Shown here one piece after another: positions 59,775 through 64,000 of a stretch of DNA of 64,000 bases. The stretch is from an uncultured virus (IMG/VR IMGVR_UViG_3300027728_000010) (Duplodnaviria > Heunggongvirae > Uroviricota > Caudoviricetes). The notes under the pieces were generated by a model. That model was not told the origin of the DNA and searched no databases. It was given only the letters and a program-made list of their open reading frames with translations. Numbering within the stretch: position 1 is the first letter of the stretch; every line of letters starts with the position of its first letter. A program made the position numbers and the translations under genes. The stretch is from the IMG/VR virus record IMGVR_UViG_3300027728_000010; one strand, written 5' to 3'.

Positions 59775-60883
59775 AAATAATAATAACAGAGGCTCAGTAC
59801 GATACTTTAACAGAAGAAAACCTGCGTAATTTTCTATATTCTTTTTGGGACAGACAAAAAAAACAAGGTGAGGAACCATCCTTGGATGAAATGATTTATA
59901 ATATTTTTGATATTAATAAAGAAAGTCGTGAAGACTATGATACTATCAGACCAATTTGGTATGAATATAATGGAGGTTATGATGTTCTTAAAGATAAAAT
60001 AAAAAAAGAAATAGACACAAAAGAATTCAATTTGATTGAGACTGACTTCAATTTAAGGACTAAAATGAAAGTCGTTCATCTTGAAAAAGTTGAGCAATAT
60101 CTTGAAATTATGGTTGATGTTGACCCTCGTGGTTCAATAAACTTTTGGGGATGGGATGACGACGACGAGCAGTATGAAATTAATGGAACAATAGAAGATG
60201 CTTATTTGGAGGCTCGAAGTAACTATGAGACTGAAGATTTGATGGGTATGATAAGAGCAGTTGCTTACGATTTTTTTTATGAGTTATTAGAAAAATACGG
60301 AGTTCCAATTGATGTTGATATTTATTTAGAAGAATTTGGTAATAGTCAAAATATTAATGAAGTTGAAGAAAAAAATTCAGACTGGGAAAGTGTATTGGCT
60401 TTAGAAAAATATTGGAAAAAAAAATTAGAACGTGGAGAAAATATAACATATGATGAAGATGAACTTAAATATTTTGGAATTACAACAAGACAATATGAAT
60501 TATATGCCAGATTTAAATTTCAAGATTTAGTAGGAGGTGAAGAGTTTTTTGAAAAATTTATTAAAACTTTAATGGAAAAAACTTTTTCAACAAAGGACTT
60601 TAGTGAACGATTGGTTGGAGGATACGATTTTGAGTGGGTTATTACTGATATGGAATATAGGGATTATGATTTCTATTTGTATGGTAAAACTTTACCTGGT
60701 GGTTCTGTTAGTATGATGAATGGTAGACATTTAACATTAATTGATGCATTGGAGGATGAAGATATTGGTTATGAAATTCAAGATGATGTTAATGGTCTTG
60801 TTCAGGACTGTATGAATGAAATTATTTTACCAATAACAGGTTATGATGTTACCGTACCTTTAATTAATATTGCTGAAAAATGA
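59771..60883 (+). CDS. acidic two-repeat protein with IIITEAQ leader
   Basis: 370-aa ORF. Confidence 0.7.
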   Translation: MKIIITEAQYDTLTEENLRNFLYSFWDRQKKQGEEPSLDEMIYNIFDINKESREDYDTIRPIWYEYNGGYDVLKDKIKKEIDTKEFNLIETDFNLRTKMKVVHLEKVEQYLEIMVDVDPRGSINFWGWDDDDEQYEINGTIEDAYLEARSNYETEDLMGMIRAVAYDFFYELLEKYGVPIDVDIYLEEFGNSQNINEVEEKNSDWESVLALEKYWKKKLERGENITYDEDELKYFGITTRQYELYARFKFQDLVGGEEFFEKFIKTLMEKTFSTKDFSERLVGGYDFEWVITDMEYRDYDFYLYGKTLPGGSVSMMNGRHLTLIDALEDEDIGYEIQDDVNGLVQDCMNEIILPITGYDVTVPLINIAEK

Positions 60884-61272
60884 AAATAATAATTACAGAG
60901 AGTCAGTACAAAATGTTGTTGGAGTCAAATTTAGAATCCATGCAAAATCTTATTGATATGGCATTCGAAGACCTTAAAGAAAATTGTGAAAAAAATTGGG
61001 TTTTTATTGGGCAATATGATTGTGACGAAGTTGAGGCGGTAGAAAAAATAAAAGTTGTTGACGTTCAAAAAGTTTTTGTGAAAACAAAAACAACAAAAGA
61101 AGAATCTTTTTTACTTGTAAAAATTGATGTTGACTACAATTATATTAGAGAGTATTTAGATTTGTCTAATTTAGAATTACAACTTCAATATCAAACAAAA
61201 CAAATTATTGGAAATAATGTTCGTGTTACTATTAATAATCAAAATAACACAAGAAAGGAATTTAATTGGTGA
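60880..61272 (+). CDS. hypothetical protein with IIITESQ leader
   Basis: shares MQNLIDMA/AQTLIDMA with next gene. Confidence 0.7.
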   Translation: MKIIITESQYKMLLESNLESMQNLIDMAFEDLKENCEKNWVFIGQYDCDEVEAVEKIKVVDVQKVFVKTKTTKEESFLLVKIDVDYNYIREYLDLSNLELQLQYQTKQIIGNNVRVTINNQNNTRKEFNW

Positions 61273-62228
61273 TGAAAATAATAATAACAGAGAGTCAATA
61301 TAACTTACTTTTTGAAACAAAGAGTGTAAACGCCGCACAAACATTAATTGATATGGCAGTAGAAGATTATATTGATGCTTGTGGTAAAATGAAAGCGTTT
61401 GAAAATATACAACTAGCACTTTGTAAAGGGTTTGAAAATGGTACGGTAAAACTTGAGGTAACAAGTGTTGAAAAAAAAGAAAATGATAGATTTGAAGATA
61501 ATATATTTTATGTAATCCATTTGATTTTATATGTTGATAAAGAGTGGATGTTGGAAGATTCATATTATGAAAAATTTGAAACAACACTCCAAATAAAAAT
61601 TGGAAACTTTTTGGGTACATTTGAATATTATTGTTACATAGATGAAGTTAGAATGAATGACGATTTGAAAGATAATTTAAACGAGTCAGAAAAAGAAAGC
61701 CCAAAGAATCAAAGATTAATCAAACAAATGTGGTTTGACGGGCATAGTAAAGAAGATATACAAAAATATACTGGAATTGATAGAGGTGAGTTTTATACTA
61801 TTTTAAAAGATGAGAAACAAGGTATAGATTGTCCTGAAGCTAACCAAATTATTATGGATATGTTACGAAATACTAATCTAATTAATAAGAAATATGATTT
61901 AACTAAATTCAATTACGAAGAAGGTAGTTTAGAGTTTACAGATTTTTTTGCCGGCATTTTAACTTTTATTTATGAAGATGGTTTATACCAAATTCAGGGT
62001 ATGGCAACACCTTATTGGCTTGATTGCACAATACCTATAGACATCTCACATATTATGGATATTAAAACTAATGAATACGTGTATGATGAAATACAAACGA
62101 GTGTTGATTATGAACTAATACCAAAAAAATTTAATTCATATCAAGAAATGATTGATTTTATGAATAACGATTACCCAAGACTTGTTATCCCTAAAATAAA
62201 AAATTCTATAAAATATTATCTTAATTGA
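61272..62228 (+). CDS. hypothetical protein with IIITESQ leader
   Basis: start moved to ATG 61272. Confidence 0.7.
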   Translation: MKIIITESQYNLLFETKSVNAAQTLIDMAVEDYIDACGKMKAFENIQLALCKGFENGTVKLEVTSVEKKENDRFEDNIFYVIHLILYVDKEWMLEDSYYEKFETTLQIKIGNFLGTFEYYCYIDEVRMNDDLKDNLNESEKESPKNQRLIKQMWFDGHSKEDIQKYTGIDRGEFYTILKDEKQGIDCPEANQIIMDMLRNTNLINKKYDLTKFNYEEGSLEFTDFFAGILTFIYEDGLYQIQGMATPYWLDCTIPIDISHIMDIKTNEYVYDEIQTSVDYELIPKKFNSYQEMIDFMNNDYPRLVIPKIKNSIKYYLN

Positions 62229-62280
62229 ATAATGTGATTAATTTGACTTTAATTTAATTTCATTTTATATTTAAAATACT

Positions 62281-62535
62281 ATGAAAACATTCCGTCAAGA
62301 AATAAGAAATTGGTTAAAAGAAAAAAAAGAATCTGAACAAAATACAGATAGAAACAATCTTTTGGAGGAAATAATAGTTAAGATAAATGAACTTGAAAAA
62401 ATAGAAGAAGATAGTCACAACAGGGCCTATCATAAAGGTCATATGGATTCTGAATCAAAAAAATCATTAAAATATAACTACTATAAAATGACACATAAAT
62501 CTAATAGTATGTTTAAACAAATAGTAAAAAATTAA
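62281..62535 (+). CDS. hypothetical protein
   Basis: 84-aa ORF. Confidence 0.6.
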   Translation: MKTFRQEIRNWLKEKKESEQNTDRNNLLEEIIVKINELEKIEEDSHNRAYHKGHMDSESKKSLKYNYYKMTHKSNSMFKQIVKN

Positions 62536-62788
62536 TTATGAAAAGAAAATTGTGTTTATTAATCAAAACTTTAACATTCGGTAAAGTTTGTTTGGGTTGG
62601 TGTGATTTAAAAAAATAATTCATTTTTTTTTTGTAAAAAATTTGTATTTAAAAAAAATCATACTATCTTTGTTTAGTTATGAAAACAATAGAGGTTACTA
62701 TACAAGAAATTTGGCAAGCAACTCGTCCTATTGTTCAAAAAAGTAAGAAAACTTACACAAGAAAACGTAAACACAAAAACCAAGATAT

Positions 62789-63541
62789 ATGATAACACTT
62801 AATGATTTAAAAACCTCAGCCCCATCGGTATTTGCGACTTCCGCATCACCAAAAATGTCTAACAAGTACGTGTTTGTACCAACTATGGACATTATGGAAA
62901 ACTTTGAACGTGAGGGGTGGGAACTGGCAACCGCTAAACAAGTTGGTCGTGGAATACATGCAGTTCACGAACTACGTTTTCGTAACGGACAATTACCAAA
63001 AGTTGGAGATACTTTAGTTGAAGCCGTAATTAAAAACTCACACAACGGAATGGCAACATTTTCAGTAAGTGCAGGACTTCACAGACTTGTATGTTCAAAT
63101 GGCCTAACAGTACCAACAGCACTTTCTGAGTCATTCAAACTTCGTCACTCAAGATTTGATTTGGATGAGGTTAAACGATTAACGGAGTCATTTGCGACTC
63201 GTTTACCACAGATTGAAGGTTCTGTTAACAAAATGATGGAACGTGAGCTTACAACAGACGAAAAGATTGATTTTCTTCGTCAATCTGCTGAGGTTCGTTT
63301 TGGAAAAGAAAAAGTTCTTAAAGAAATGGAGATTGTAGGACTTCTAACACCAAACCGACACGAAGATGAAGGAGACGATATGTGGAAGGTTTTTAATGTA
63401 GTACAAGAAAAGTTTGTCAGAGGAGGGGTGGAAGTAACATCACCAAAAGGACGTGTAACTAAACTTCGTGGATTACAAAATATTATGGCAGTTAATACAC
63501 TTAACACCAAACTTTGGGAGTTGGCGGACGCGATGTGTTAA
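62789..63541 (+). CDS. DUF932/DUF945 family protein
   Basis: APSVFA..S.KY.FVPT, NSHNG, GLHRLVCSNGL, WKVFNVVQE, NTKLW. Confidence 0.88.
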   Translation: MITLNDLKTSAPSVFATSASPKMSNKYVFVPTMDIMENFEREGWELATAKQVGRGIHAVHELRFRNGQLPKVGDTLVEAVIKNSHNGMATFSVSAGLHRLVCSNGLTVPTALSESFKLRHSRFDLDEVKRLTESFATRLPQIEGSVNKMMERELTTDEKIDFLRQSAEVRFGKEKVLKEMEIVGLLTPNRHEDEGDDMWKVFNVVQEKFVRGGVEVTSPKGRVTKLRGLQNIMAVNTLNTKLWELADAMC

Positions 63542-63548
63542 AAAAGTA

Positions 63549-63579
63549 AAATCCTCACAAAAAAGTGGGGATTTTTTTT
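63549..63579 (+). terminator. intrinsic terminator
   Basis: AATCCTCAC-aaaaaa-GTGGGGATT + T-run. Confidence 0.75.
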
Positions 63580-63633
63580 GTGGTTTGGATTTTTGTTGTA
63601 TCTTTGTATTCTAATCAATTAAAACAAATATAT

Positions 63634-64000
63634 ATGTCCACCATCACTCAAGTAAAAAACTACAAAGGTTCTAACTCTTTCGTCCTTAAAATGAAAGATG
63701 TAATTTCTAAATATGGCAAAATGACCGCAGCTCAAGAAGCTGCCGTTGATAAAATTTTCAAAACACCTGTTGAGGTAAAACAAGTTGAGTTGACTGATGA
63801 TATGAAAAAAATCCAAGCATATGAGGGACAAAACTCATTTGTTTTGGACATCAAGTCAAAGATGGAAAAATACGGTAAATTATCCGAAAAACAAGTATCT
63901 GCAGCACTTGCACAAATCAGCAAAGAAGAAGCCAAAGAGGCGACAATTCATATGAATGTTCCAGTTGAAGGTGATACAATCATCATTGGTCGTAAAATCG
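63634..64000 (+). CDS. hypothetical protein, truncated by window end, internal duplication (YxGxNSFVL..K..KYGK)
   Basis: manual ORF open to the end of the window. Confidence 0.7.
   Translation, partial: MSTITQVKNYKGSNSFVLKMKDVISKYGKMTAAQEAAVDKIFKTPVEVKQVELTDDMKKIQAYEGQNSFVLDIKSKMEKYGKLSEKQVSAALAQISKEEAKEATIHMNVPVEGDTIIIGRKI

Noticed and set aside
1..64000. Alternative genetic code (stop reassignment)
   Set aside because: Known genes are full length under code 11, TAG/TGA terminate genes, and no suppressor tRNA was seen.

Overview
AT-rich (~30% GC by eye), gene-dense 64 kb segment that most likely belongs to a large (jumbo/huge) lytic phage of a Bacteroidota host. Host evidence: TAnnTTTG promoters, no Shine-Dalgarno sites, and a T9SS sorting domain. 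It carries auxiliary and nucleotide genes (GSII glutamine synthetase, N4/N6 DNA methylase, glutaredoxin, and a thyA fractured by an HNH endonuclease). RNA content: an ~850-nt highly structured GOLLD-like ncRNA and a ~10 kb cluster of about 18 tRNAs plus several atypical tRNA-like RNAs. Also present are lysis/peptidoglycan enzymes, a cell-surface operon (T9SS/cohesin/dockerin/CsgG/lectin), RNA-repair-type phosphatases, and many orphan proteins sharing N-terminal leader motifs. Top candidates for new biology: (1) a cas-less, type VI-B-like CRISPR array (36-nt repeats, 30-nt spacers) embedded in-frame inside a protein-coding ORF (50088-51059); (2) a putative ribosome-sensing attenuator ahead of the tRNA operon (35-codon leader using 17 amino acids and rare codons, antiterminator and terminator; 18289-18458); (3) an intron-less split thyA; (4) the phage-encoded surface-display operon. 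All family assignments come from motif recognition by eye; no searches were run.
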